From positions 1 to 47,288 of the forward strand of contig JACADW010000136.1 of NCBI GenBank assembly GCA_013388445.1: 47,288 nucleotides of DNA, read 5' to 3'. The position numbers and the translations under genes were made by a program. Positions 26,458 to 35,523 of this stretch are shown here, in pieces (position 1 is the first letter of the stretch; the number at the start of each line of letters is the position of its first letter). This stretch comes from Acidobacteriota bacterium (GTDB taxonomy: Bacteria > Acidobacteriota > UBA6911). A model generated the notes under the pieces. That model searched no databases, was not told the DNA's origin, and worked only from the letters and a program-made list of their open reading frames with translations.

Positions 26458-26485
26458 AAAATCCCAGCGACAGAGACGTTTTCCG

Positions 26486-27979
26486 TCAGTTGCCCAGGAA
26501 GAGGTGCCACGACGAACTGGTAAGCCTCTGGACCGGATTCCAGAAAAGCATGAGGCAGACCGTGGGAACAAGCATCACCCAGATGAGCGCGAGATTTCCC
26601 CAGGAGACCCGGACACGAGCCGTCTCTTCGCCCGTATCGATCACCATCGCCTTCATCACGCGTGCGTAATAATAGACGGCGACGACACTGTTGAGTGCGC
26701 CGATGACCGCCAGAAAAACCAGATTTCGGTTTACGGCCGCGGCAAAAACGTAGAACTTGCCGAAAAACCCCGCCAGGGGGGGAATCCCCATCAGGGATAG
26801 CAGGAAGATGGACATCGCGACGGAGAGAAACGGCGACCTCCTGGAGAAGCCCCGGTAGTCCTTGAGCTCGAAGCTGCCTGTCCGGTTGTAGATCTCGATC
26901 ACGATGATGAACGCGCCCAGGTTCATGAAAAGATACGTAATGAGATAGACCAGGACCGACTGCAGCCCGTCCCCGCTCAGAACCGAGGCCCCCATGAGCA
27001 TGTATCCGGCGTGGGCGATCGATGAGTAGGCAAGCAGCCGCTTCATGTTCTCCTGGCGCAGCGCGGCGATGTTGGCAAACGTCATGGTGATGATGGAGAG
27101 CACCATCACAATCGGCATCCAGTTGATCGAGACGAGGGTCGCCCACTGCGGCGGGACGCCGTGCGACTCCGCGAGGCCGGTGAAGAAGAACCGGACCAGC
27201 GTGGCGAAACCGGCCGCCTTCGGTGCGACGCTGAGGAATGCGGTCACGGGAGTCGGGGCCCCGGTGTAGACGTCCGGGCACCAGAAATGGAAGGGAACCG
27301 CGGCGGTCTTGAACCCGAATCCGGCAATGACGAGGACGGTTGCCACGAGCAGCATCAGCGCATTCCCGCCCGGATGCGCAGCCCCGGACAGCACATCGCG
27401 GATCGCCGACATCTTGGTCGTGCCGGTGAGGCCGAAGAGGAGCGTCATGCCGTAAAGCATCGCGCCTGAGGAGACTGCCCCGAAAAGCAGGTACTTCAGG
27501 GCAGCCTCGTTGGAGGCGCGGTCGTTCTTCAGATACCCCACCATGATGTAACTGCCGACAGACACGGTCTCGAGCGCCAGAAACAGCATAAGAAGGTCGG
27601 TGCTCGCGGCCAACAGCATCATCCCGAGTGTCACGCCCGCGAGCAGGGCGTAGAACTCCCCGACCTGGCGCTTCGCAAGCTCGCTCGATCCGGGCGCTGC
27701 CAGCAGGACAAGGAGGGATGCCAGCAGCAGGAAGGCCTTGAAAAAGACCGCCATCGGGTCGAGGGCGATCATCCCGTAGAACAGGCTCCGGGGCTCGGCG
27801 CCGAAAAGCGGAATCGTGAACGCGAAGGCCGCGAGGAGTCCGGCCGCGGCGACGACGAAGGTGAGCGTCCTGCGTATGCGCGCCAGGGAAAGGTCGGCAA
27901 GGATGACCAGCAAGAGCGTGCCCGTGACGGTGAGCTCGGGGATGAAACTGTAGAGATCCGCGATAAGTTTCGGGTCCAT
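26486..27979 (-). CDS. nuoN: NADH-quinone oxidoreductase subunit N (antiporter-like)
   Basis: 497 aa. Matches: EFYALLAGVTLGMMLLAASTDLLMLFLALETVSVGSYIMVG, SNEAALKYLLFGAVSSGAMLYG, and PFHFWCPDVYTGAPTPVTAFLS. The last is N-specific (PDVY-GAPTP). Confidence 0.9.
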   Translation of the reverse strand: MDPKLIADLYSFIPELTVTGTLLLVILADLSLARIRRTLTFVVAAAGLLAAFAFTIPLFGAEPRSLFYGMIALDPMAVFFKAFLLLASLLVLLAAPGSSELAKRQVGEFYALLAGVTLGMMLLAASTDLLMLFLALETVSVGSYIMVGYLKNDRASNEAALKYLLFGAVSSGAMLYGMTLLFGLTGTTKMSAIRDVLSGAAHPGGNALMLLVATVLVIAGFGFKTAAVPFHFWCPDVYTGAPTPVTAFLSVAPKAAGFATLVRFFFTGLAESHGVPPQWATLVSINWMPIVMVLSIITMTFANIAALRQENMKRLLAYSSIAHAGYMLMGASVLSGDGLQSVLVYLITYLFMNLGAFIIVIEIYNRTGSFELKDYRGFSRRSPFLSVAMSIFLLSLMGIPPLAGFFGKFYVFAAAVNRNLVFLAVIGALNSVVAVYYYARVMKAMVIDTGEETARVRVSWGNLALIWVMLVPTVCLMLFWNPVQRLTSSSWHLFLGN

Positions 27980-27982
27980 GGC

Positions 27983-28288
27983 CTATCCCTTGAGTGTGTC
28001 GGCGCGGTCGAGATTCACGGTCCTGAGCATGCGATACATCGAGAGGACAATGGCCAGCGCCACGGCCACCTCGGCGGCGGCGACGATGATGATGAAAATC
28101 GCAAAGACCTGGCCGTTGAGGTTGCCGGCCGCATACTTGGAAAAGGCGACGAGGTTCAGGTTTGCCGAGTTGAGGATCAGCTCGACACCCATCAGCACGC
28201 TCACGGCGTTTTTGCGCGTGAGGACGCACATGATCCCCAGCGAGAAGAGCGCCGCGCTGATCACGAGGTAGTGCCCAAGACCGATCAT
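27983..28288 (-). CDS. nuoK: NADH-quinone oxidoreductase subunit K
   Basis: 101 aa. LGIMCVLTRKNAVSVLMGVELILNSANLNLVAFS...AAAEVAVALAIV. Confidence 0.9.
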   Translation of the reverse strand: MIGLGHYLVISAALFSLGIMCVLTRKNAVSVLMGVELILNSANLNLVAFSKYAAGNLNGQVFAIFIIIVAAAEVAVALAIVLSMYRMLRTVNLDRADTLKG

Positions 28289-28791
28289 TCCGCCCTCCTT
28301 CTCACGATCATCGCCGCCCCGATCAGGGCGATGAGCAGCAGGACCGACGCGACTTCGAACGGCAGGATGAAGTCCTTCATCAACAGGGTTCCGATCGCAG
28401 CGGTCGTGGGCTCAGGCTGCCGCGGCCCGGCGTTGTACCAGGCGGTCTGCATCATCGCCAGGACCAGGACTCCGAAGACCGCGAGCATCAGGAGCACCGA
28501 CGGCGCGACCTGAAAAGTCTCCGTCTTGAGGTTGAGATCGTAGAGCTTGTGCGTGAGCATCACGCCGAAGAGCAGGAGGATCAGAATGCCCCCGACGTAG
28601 ATCACGAGCTGGGTCGCCGCCAGGAAGTCGGCGCCCAGGAAAACGTACAACGCTGCCACCCCGAAGAATGTGAAAAGTAGCCCGAAGGCCGAGTAGATCA
28701 GGCTCCTCGAGAAGACCACGACCGCCGCCGAGGCGAGGGTCACAGCGGCAAAAAAGTAGAAAACGATCTGGCTCAAAAGACTCGTATCCAT
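28285..28791 (-). CDS. nuoJ: NADH-quinone oxidoreductase subunit J
   Basis: 168 aa. IVFYFFAAVTLASAAVVVFSRSLIYSAFGLLFTFFGVAALYVFLGADFLAATQLVIYVGGILILLLF. It overlaps nuoK by 4 nt. Confidence 0.85.
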   Translation of the reverse strand: MDTSLLSQIVFYFFAAVTLASAAVVVFSRSLIYSAFGLLFTFFGVAALYVFLGADFLAATQLVIYVGGILILLLFGVMLTHKLYDLNLKTETFQVAPSVLLMLAVFGVLVLAMMQTAWYNAGPRQPEPTTAAIGTLLMKDFILPFEVASVLLLIALIGAAMIVRRRAE

Positions 28792-28800
28792 GGCAAGGGC

Positions 28801-29298
28801 TCAGGCTTTCGCAGCCGGCTGCTCCTTCTCAGCGGGACTTGCGTACCGCGGTTTGTCCACCGCGAAGTGATAGATGTGATCCCTCTTGTCGTACACGGCG
28901 TACTCGTACTCCTTCGTCATCACCAGGCAGTGCGTGGGACAGGGAAAAGTGCACAGCGCGCAGTAGCAGCAGAGCGTCATGTCGATGTCAAACACAAACG
29001 TCCGGAGCTTGATGGGCGTCCCGTCGGAAGCGAAGACCGGCGGCTCGTCCTTTCCGCGCTTTTCGGTCTGGATGTCGATGCAGTCGGTCGGGCAGGCGCG
29101 CGCGCACTGACCGCATCCGATGCAGTCCTCGATCCTGTTGAACAGCCTCATGCGCGCCCGCTCGGGCAGCGGCGCCTTCACCGTCGGGTACTGAATCGTG
29201 TACCCCTTATTCGGGCGGAAGAGGTGGCGGATGGTGATCCACATGCTGTGCCATGTCGTTGTCCATCCGTACCACAGGTCCTTGAGATAACGGGTCAT
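28801..29298 (-). CDS. nuoI: Divergent NuoI-like 2x[4Fe-4S] ferredoxin subunit
   Basis: 165 aa. CIGCGQCARACP and CCYCALCTFPCP cluster motifs. There is an insertion between them (EKRGKDEPPVFASDGTPIKLRTF) and an acidic/Ala tail. It sits between nuoH and nuoJ. Confidence 0.8.
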   Translation of the reverse strand: MTRYLKDLWYGWTTTWHSMWITIRHLFRPNKGYTIQYPTVKAPLPERARMRLFNRIEDCIGCGQCARACPTDCIDIQTEKRGKDEPPVFASDGTPIKLRTFVFDIDMTLCCYCALCTFPCPTHCLVMTKEYEYAVYDKRDHIYHFAVDKPRYASPAEKEQPAAKA

Positions 29299-29354
29299 AG
29301 TGCTCTGATTCGGATCCTCGAGAGAACCACCGGGAATTCGGAACTAAGAACACG

Positions 29355-29425
29355 CCCTCGAGACTTCGGGTCTTCGAGGCATGCCTGCTCAACCTCGAAG
29401 ACTTAAATGCTCGAAGACTCGGAGA
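29355..29425. repeat. Dispersed intergenic repeat cluster in the nuoH-nuoI spacer
   Basis: ccctcgagacttcgggtcttcgaggc is an imperfect palindrome that contains the reverse complement of AAGACCCGAAGTCTC. It is followed by cctcgaagacttaaatgctcgaagactcgg, which contains two CGAAGACT words. Confidence 0.75.
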
Positions 29426-29488
29426 ATCCCCGACAGGATCTCCATGCCGACCCGGGCTGTGTCCGGAGTCCCGGGATTCTGAGTTTCT

Positions 29489-30544
29489 TCACCACACTGC
29501 CAAGAGTCCCGCCCCCAGCACCAGCACGAGTGCCAGCGGCAGCATGACCTTCCAGCACAGGTACATCAATTGATCCACGCGAAGGCGCGGAAGCGTCCAG
29601 CGCAGCCATATCTGGACGAAAACAAGAGAGAGCGCCTTGAGAAAAAACAGGATCGGGCCGGGTATCAGCTGTTTCGGTACCCACTGAGCCGGCAAAACCT
29701 GCGACCACCCGCCCAGGAAGAGCGTGGTCGCAATGCCGGCGACCAGGAACATGTTCGAATATTCAGCCAGAAAGAAGAACGCAAACCGCATCCCCGAGTA
29801 CTCGGTATGATATCCGGCCACCAGTTCGGACTCCGCCTCCGGTATGTCAAAGGGCGTGCGGTTCACCTCCGCGAGCGAGCAGATAAAATAGAGAAAGAAG
29901 GCAAGGAAAGTGAAGGGATTGCGGAAGACGAACCAATTCTGAATCCCGCCCGTCTGGGCCCGGACGATCTGCTGCATCGAGAGACTGCCGACGATGATAA
30001 TGACCGGCATCACCGAGAGCGCGGCCGGGATCTCGTAGCTCACGATCTGCGCGGCCGAACGCATGCCGCCGAACAGAGAGTACTTGTTGTTCGAGGCCCA
30101 GCCGGCCATCAGAATGCCGACGACCGTCAGGCTGGCCACTGCGAACAGGTAGAGCACCCCGATATTGAGGTCCGCAACGATCGAGGAGATCCCGAAGGGA
30201 AGCACCACAAAGGCGGCAAAGGAAGGGATGAAAACGATCGCCGGGGCGGCTTTGAAAAGTGCCTTGTCCGCGGCTGCAGGGACGATGTCCTCCTTCAGCA
30301 GCAGCTTTATGGTATCGGCAATCGACTGGGCCCAGCCGTGCCACCCCCCGACATACATGGGGCCCAGGCGGTCCTGCATGTGCGCCGCGACCTTGCGCTC
30401 GAGCCAGATTGCGAACATCGCCAGGACGGCGACGAACAGAAAGAGGATGACCGCGCTCACTGCCGGCGGAAGGATCGCCTGTACCCACACGGGCAGGGCC
30501 GTGGTGTAAGGAATCAGTTCCAGAAGGTCTCTGATAGATTCCAT
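29489..30544 (-). CDS. nuoH: NADH-quinone oxidoreductase subunit H
   Basis: I trimmed the track ORF (to 30715) to the ATG at 30544, giving [15 protein letters not shown]...[42 protein letters not shown]...[27 protein letters not shown]...[10 protein letters not shown]. Confidence 0.9.
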   Translation of the reverse strand: MESIRDLLELIPYTTALPVWVQAILPPAVSAVILFLFVAVLAMFAIWLERKVAAHMQDRLGPMYVGGWHGWAQSIADTIKLLLKEDIVPAAADKALFKAAPAIVFIPSFAAFVVLPFGISSIVADLNIGVLYLFAVASLTVVGILMAGWASNNKYSLFGGMRSAAQIVSYEIPAALSVMPVIIIVGSLSMQQIVRAQTGGIQNWFVFRNPFTFLAFFLYFICSLAEVNRTPFDIPEAESELVAGYHTEYSGMRFAFFFLAEYSNMFLVAGIATTLFLGGWSQVLPAQWVPKQLIPGPILFFLKALSLVFVQIWLRWTLPRLRVDQLMYLCWKVMLPLALVLVLGAGLLAVW

Positions 30545-30671
30545 TAGAACGATTCTCCGGAGGTCGCTCCCTCGGGCAGTTTCCGGTCTCAACCTGGGAT
30601 GCTGCCCGCGAGCGGGTTCGTGCGACCGATGAACCCCGGCCGAAGGCTTGCGAGAACTCAGAACATTCCCG

Positions 30672-31796
30672 CTAACGGTCCAGTTCCACGAGCACGATGT
30701 CGACGCTGCCCACAATCGCCACGATGTCGGCGATCATCGCGCCCCGGCTGTACTCCCGGAAGCCGCTCATGACGGTGAAACAGGGCGACTTCACCTTCAC
30801 ACGGTAGGGCTTTGAGGTGCCGTCGCTCACGATGTAATAACCCAGCTCGCCGCGCGGGCACTCCGTGCGCATGTAGACCTCCCCTACTGGAGGTTTCACG
30901 CGCTTCGGGATCGTCGCATGCACGTCTCCGGGGGGCAACTTGGCAATCGCCTGGCGGATGATCCTGCAGCTCTGCAGCACTTCCCAGATGCGGACCATGT
31001 ACCGGTCGTAGCAGGAGCCTACGGGCCCGAACTCGCCTTTCCCTACGGGAACCTCGAAGTCAAATTCCTCGTAACCGAGGTAGGGCTCGTTGCGCCGGAC
31101 GTCGAACTTGATCCCGCTCCCACGCAGGTTCGGCCCCGTGATGCCGTAGCTGACGGCCACCTCAGGCGGGATGATCCCGACAGAGGCCGTGCGCTTGATA
31201 AAGATGTAGTTGTAGGAGAGCAGGCGGTTCAGGTCCTCGACCAGCGGCTCGAAGTAGTCCAGGAATTCGATGATGCGCCTCTCCAGCCCCTCCGGCAGGT
31301 CGAACATCAGCCCGCCGATCCAGTTGTAGTTGTACAGAAGCCGGGCACCGCACGTTTCCTCGAAGAAGTCGAGGATCTTCTCGCGGTCGCGGAAACAGTG
31401 CAGAAACGGCGTCCAGGAGCCGAGGTCCAGGCCATAGGTTCCCGCTGCGACCAGGTGACTGGCGATACGGTTGAGCTCGGCCATGATTATGCGGATGTAG
31501 CGCACACGGTCATTGACCTGGATACCCATCAGTTTCTCGACCGCCAGGACATAGCCGAGCTCCATGTTCATGGCGGCGACATAGTCCATACGGTCGGTAA
31601 AGGGGACAACGCCCGGATATTCAATGTTTTCGGCGTGCTTTTCAAAGCAGCGGTGCAGATAGCCGATGTGCGGGATCGCTTCGACGACGACCTCGCCGTC
31701 GGTCTTGAGCTCGAGGCGCAACACGCCGTGCATCGACGGGTGCTGCGGACCCATGTTGAGGGTCATTATGTCGCCGCTGTAGTCGAGGTTCATCAA
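30672..31796 (-). CDS. nuoD: NADH-quinone oxidoreductase subunit D
   Basis: 374 aa. [27 protein letters not shown]...[13 protein letters not shown]...[15 protein letters not shown]...[11 protein letters not shown]. Confidence 0.95.
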   Translation of the reverse strand: MMNLDYSGDIMTLNMGPQHPSMHGVLRLELKTDGEVVVEAIPHIGYLHRCFEKHAENIEYPGVVPFTDRMDYVAAMNMELGYVLAVEKLMGIQVNDRVRYIRIIMAELNRIASHLVAAGTYGLDLGSWTPFLHCFRDREKILDFFEETCGARLLYNYNWIGGLMFDLPEGLERRIIEFLDYFEPLVEDLNRLLSYNYIFIKRTASVGIIPPEVAVSYGITGPNLRGSGIKFDVRRNEPYLGYEEFDFEVPVGKGEFGPVGSCYDRYMVRIWEVLQSCRIIRQAIAKLPPGDVHATIPKRVKPPVGEVYMRTECPRGELGYYIVSDGTSKPYRVKVKSPCFTVMSGFREYSRGAMIADIVAIVGSVDIVLVELDR

Positions 31797-32083
31797 TAGA
31801 CTGCTTCCGTACGTGAGTTCATCGGACTCTTATCTCTCGTGGCACGACGACCGGAGAAGTCAGAATGCAGAAGGCGACGAAAAATGGCCAGTCGGATTCT
31901 TGTTTCGTTGTCTCCCGACAGGAGTCGCCGGCATCGCGCGAAATCGGAACTTCGACTTCGCTATCCAGAATTGAGAAGCCCGAGAAACGCCGGCAGTCCC
32001 AGCCGCCGTTTTCATGTCCCTTACGCCGGTCCCTCGACATTCTGAATTCTCATGCCTGTTGTGCCCGTTCCCCTCCCCTACCA

Positions 32084-32551
32084 CTAAACAGGCATATCAT
32101 GATACTTCCCCGGAAAGGTGTAATCCTTCCTCAACGGATACCCCTCCCAATCGTCCGGGCAGAGGATGCGTCGGAGGTCGCTGTGCCCCTCAAAGATGAT
32201 TCCGAACATGTCGTACGCTTCCCTCTCATGCCAGTTCGCCACCTTCCAGACCGACTCGACCGTCCGGATCCTGGGGTTGTCGCGCGGCAGCCGGCACTTG
32301 AGCGTGTAGCGATGGTGATACGTCAACGAGTTGACCACATAAACGACCTCGATCCGGTCCTTGTAATCAACGCCGCCGAGAAGCTCCAGGTGGTCCATCT
32401 TCAACTTCTCATCGTCGTGGACAAAGCGGGCGACTTCGAGGATGGCTGCCGGGTCAACCAGGCTCCACGAACAGAGTCCGTCGAGCCTGGATTCGGGAAT
32501 CCGGTCCCCGAACCGTTCCTTGAGTAGGGCTTCGATCTCCCGGGGCGTCAT
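32084..32551 (-). CDS. nuoC: NADH-quinone oxidoreductase subunit C
   Basis: 155 aa. SVWKVANWHEREAYDMFGIIFEGHSDLRRILCPDDWEGYPLRKDY. Confidence 0.9.
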   Translation of the reverse strand: MTPREIEALLKERFGDRIPESRLDGLCSWSLVDPAAILEVARFVHDDEKLKMDHLELLGGVDYKDRIEVVYVVNSLTYHHRYTLKCRLPRDNPRIRTVESVWKVANWHEREAYDMFGIIFEGHSDLRRILCPDDWEGYPLRKDYTFPGKYHDMPV

Positions 32552-32555
32552 TCTT

Positions 32556-33050
32556 TCAGGCCTCGCTCTTCCTGGCGATGGTCTGCCGCCGGATCTTGTC
32601 CTTCAGTTGGATCAGCCCTTCGAGGAGTGATTCGGGCCTTGGCGGGCATCCGGGGACGTAGACGTCGACGGGAATAACCTCGTCGACTCCCTTCAATACG
32701 TGGTAGCCGTATTTCCAATAAGGCCCACCGTTGTTAGAGCAGCTTCCCATCGAAATCACATACTTCGGGTCGGCCATCTGCTCATAGAGGCGCCTGATGC
32801 GGATACCCATCTTCAGGGTCACGGTTCCGGCAACGATCATGATGTCGGCCTGCCGGGGGGTCGCGCGATATGCGCCGGCTCCGAAGCGGTCCAGATCGAA
32901 ACGGGATGCACCTGTCGCCATCATTTCGATGGCGCAGCACGCCAGGCCGAACGAGAGCGGCCAGGGCGAGGACGACCGCGCCCAGTTGAACACCCAGTCC
33001 AGGGATGTAACTAGAACGTTGTCTTCAAACTTGCCTTCCAGAACACCCAT
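32556..33050 (-). CDS. nuoB: NADH-quinone oxidoreductase subunit B
   Basis: 164 aa. [39 protein letters not shown] and VPGCPPRPE (N2 cluster ligands). Confidence 0.95.
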   Translation of the reverse strand: MGVLEGKFEDNVLVTSLDWVFNWARSSSPWPLSFGLACCAIEMMATGASRFDLDRFGAGAYRATPRQADIMIVAGTVTLKMGIRIRRLYEQMADPKYVISMGSCSNNGGPYWKYGYHVLKGVDEVIPVDVYVPGCPPRPESLLEGLIQLKDKIRRQTIARKSEA

Positions 33051-33508
33051 AGGAGCCTAGTCTCCTTTGTGCCGCAAAACCGGCTGTTCATATCAAAGAC
33101 CAGATTCGACCTGGAGAATCATCTTCGGTCTAAGTGCTTGCCGGCATGATATTTGGAGGATAGCCTCCCCTCCTATTCCCGTCCAGGAGCGGGTCGACTT
33201 CGGAGTCCGGGTTGCCGAATTGCGCATCCATCGAATGGCGTTTGTTGCGCGAGATATCCTCCTCGGGGGCCTCGCCCCTTGGCGCCAACGCGCGCCCGCT
33301 CCTTCAGCCCGAAGGTCGAACCGCCCGGCTCACGGGAATTCGGGGATTCAGAATCGATATTGCCGGCCTTGCCGTTCAGAGATGCCCGAGACCATCACCC
33401 TCGTATCCCTACTGTCAGTGTCCGACCGGGGAACCGTGATCCCTGGAACCGCCGCCTCGGGAATGAAGTGACGCCGTCCACCTCCAAACAGTCCGGGCTC
33501 AGCCCCAC

Positions 33509-33901
33509 CTATTTCCGCTGCGCATATTCATAGTCTTCAGGTCTGACCCAGGCCAGGTCTCCTTTCCTCCATACATAGGCGAGACCGACCACGAGTATCG
33601 CGATGAAGATGAGGCCTTCGATAAATGCAAACATGCCCAGGTTCTTGAAAACCACCGCCCAGGGCAAAAGGAATATGATTTCAACATCGAAAATGATGAA
33701 GATCAGAGCGACCACATAGAACCTGATGTTGAACTGGATCCATGCAGAACCCTGGGGAATCTCACCACACTCGTAGGTGGAAAGCTTCACTTCCGATTGA
33801 GCTCCGGTCGGACGCACCAGCCGCCAGAAAACAAGGGCGACGGCCAGAAACACCAGGCCCATCACCATGAAGATCAGCACGCTGGAAAAATCCGCCATCA
33901 T
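33509..33901 (-). CDS. nuoA: NADH-quinone oxidoreductase subunit A
   Basis: 130 aa. [45 protein letters not shown]. Confidence 0.9.
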   Translation of the reverse strand: MMADFSSVLIFMVMGLVFLAVALVFWRLVRPTGAQSEVKLSTYECGEIPQGSAWIQFNIRFYVVALIFIIFDVEIIFLLPWAVVFKNLGMFAFIEGLIFIAILVVGLAYVWRKGDLAWVRPEDYEYAQRK

Positions 33902-34336
33902 CGGGTCTATCCTTCCCTCCGTCCACAGAATTAGCCCGTTACCTTACCTCCACGCGGGAGATATTTCAAAGCATTTGTGAAGGCGAGCATGAAGCTCGAA
34001 GTGTAAGCGAAAGAATACATAACCGGGCATCTGCCGTCAAACGAACTTGCTCCACTCAGTCAGCGCCGGGACGAAGTCATCGGGTCGCCGAGTGATCGCG
34101 TGATCAAGCCATCGAGCGATCAGGCGGGCCGGCGGCACATCCGTGGGCAGGGATGGGGCACGGTCTCAGCCGCTCGGACCAACGTGATCGAGCGATCAAG
34201 CCAACCAGCAGGCCGAGTGGCAGGCGTACCATTGCATCCGTCCCTTATCTGCTTGCTGGATCACCGAGTCATCAAGTTAGCCGGCAATCACCCGGGCACC
34301 CGCTTCCTCCGACGCTCGCTGGATCAATTGATCAGC

Positions 34337-34352
34337 CGATCACCTGATAACT
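34337..34352. repeat. Left copy of a perfect 16-bp inverted repeat (CGATCACCTGATAACT)
   Basis: Exact reverse complement of 37724-37739. It lies in the GATC-dense array upstream of the MDR reductase gene. Confidence 0.85.
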
Positions 34353-34430
34353 GGATTCCTCCATCACACAGGCTTGGGATGTGCTTGACATGCCCATCAG
34401 GCCTATGGGGATACTACAAAGGGGGACAAG

Positions 34431-35462
34431 ATGAAGGCAGTGCGGTTTCATAAACATGGTGGCATCGAGGAGCTCAAGTACGAGGACGTGGATGAGCCGG
34501 TGGCGGGACCCGGTGAGATCGTCGTGCGCGTCAAGGCATGCGCGATCAACCACTTGGACCTTTGGGAGCGGGTCGGCCTTCCCGGTGTGCGCATACCGCT
34601 GCCGCACATCTCCGGGTCGGACGTCTCAGGGATCGTCGAAAGTATCGGGCCGGGCGTAGAGAACATCAGGCCCGGAAGCGCGACGCTGCTCTATCCGGGC
34701 CTCAGCTGCATGCACTGTCCGGCCTGCTTTGAAGGCCACGACAACCTCTGCCGCCGATACACGATCTTGGGACTCCTGACGGACGGCGGTTATGCGGAGT
34801 TTGTCAAGGTCCCGGCGGTCAACGCCCTCCCTTTCCCCGAAGGGCTGTCATTCACGGGGGCCGCAGCCCTGCCGCTGGTTTTTCTGACGGCCTGGCACAT
34901 GCTCGTTACACGATGCGCGATCAAAGCCGGCGAGGATGTCCTGATTCTGGGTGCCGGGAGCGGCGTCGGGAGCGCGGCCGTCCAGATCGCGAAGTTCTTC
35001 CGCGCGCGTGTGATTGCGACTGCTGGATCCGCCGCAAAACTCGAAAAGGCCAGGGAGCTGGGCGCGGATTTCGTGATCGACCACAGCCGGCGGAGCATCC
35101 GGGATGAGGTCTGGCGCTTTACGCACCACCGCGGCGTCGACGTTGTTTTCGAGCACATCGGCAGCGCCACGTGGCAGGACAGCTTCGCCTCGCTGGCATA
35201 TCACGGCCGCCTCGTCACCTGCGGCGCGACCACAGGGCACGATGCCAGCATCGATATCCGCCAGCTCTTTGCGAAACAGATCTCCATCTTCGGGTCCTAC
35301 ATGGGCCCGCGGCACGAACTGCTCGAGGTGCTCCGGCTCGTCCAGAAAGGCTATCTGAGGCCTGTTGTTTCGGCGGTATTACCCCTTGAGGAGGCGGGCC
35401 GCGCCCAGCAGATGGTCGAGAATCGGGAGCACTTTGGGAAGATAGTCTTGGCCGTGGCTTAG
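34431..35462 (+). CDS. Zinc-type medium-chain dehydrogenase/reductase (alcohol dehydrogenase / quinone oxidoreductase family)
   Basis: 343 aa. GEIVVRVKACAINHLDLW..., GSDVSGIVESIGPGV, structural-zinc Cys cluster CMHCPACFEGHDNLC, nucleotide fold ILGAGSGVGSAAVQIAK. A good SD (aagggggacaag) precedes the ATG. Confidence 0.9.
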   Translation: MKAVRFHKHGGIEELKYEDVDEPVAGPGEIVVRVKACAINHLDLWERVGLPGVRIPLPHISGSDVSGIVESIGPGVENIRPGSATLLYPGLSCMHCPACFEGHDNLCRRYTILGLLTDGGYAEFVKVPAVNALPFPEGLSFTGAAALPLVFLTAWHMLVTRCAIKAGEDVLILGAGSGVGSAAVQIAKFFRARVIATAGSAAKLEKARELGADFVIDHSRRSIRDEVWRFTHHRGVDVVFEHIGSATWQDSFASLAYHGRLVTCGATTGHDASIDIRQLFAKQISIFGSYMGPRHELLEVLRLVQKGYLRPVVSAVLPLEEAGRAQQMVENREHFGKIVLAVA

Positions 35463-35523
35463 CTCGTGCGCGCAGGCTCCGCCGCGCTGCACGCGATCTG
35501 CCAGTTTCAGTGGAAGAATTCCT

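Noticed and set aside
33067-33533. Plus-strand ORFs inside the nuoA-nuoB spacer (134, 126 and 75 aa), and similar ORFs in the nuoC-nuoD spacer.
   Set aside because: Their composition is Arg/Pro/Ser/Cys-rich. They have no start context or recognisable motif, and they run antisense to an operon. They are most likely chance ORFs.
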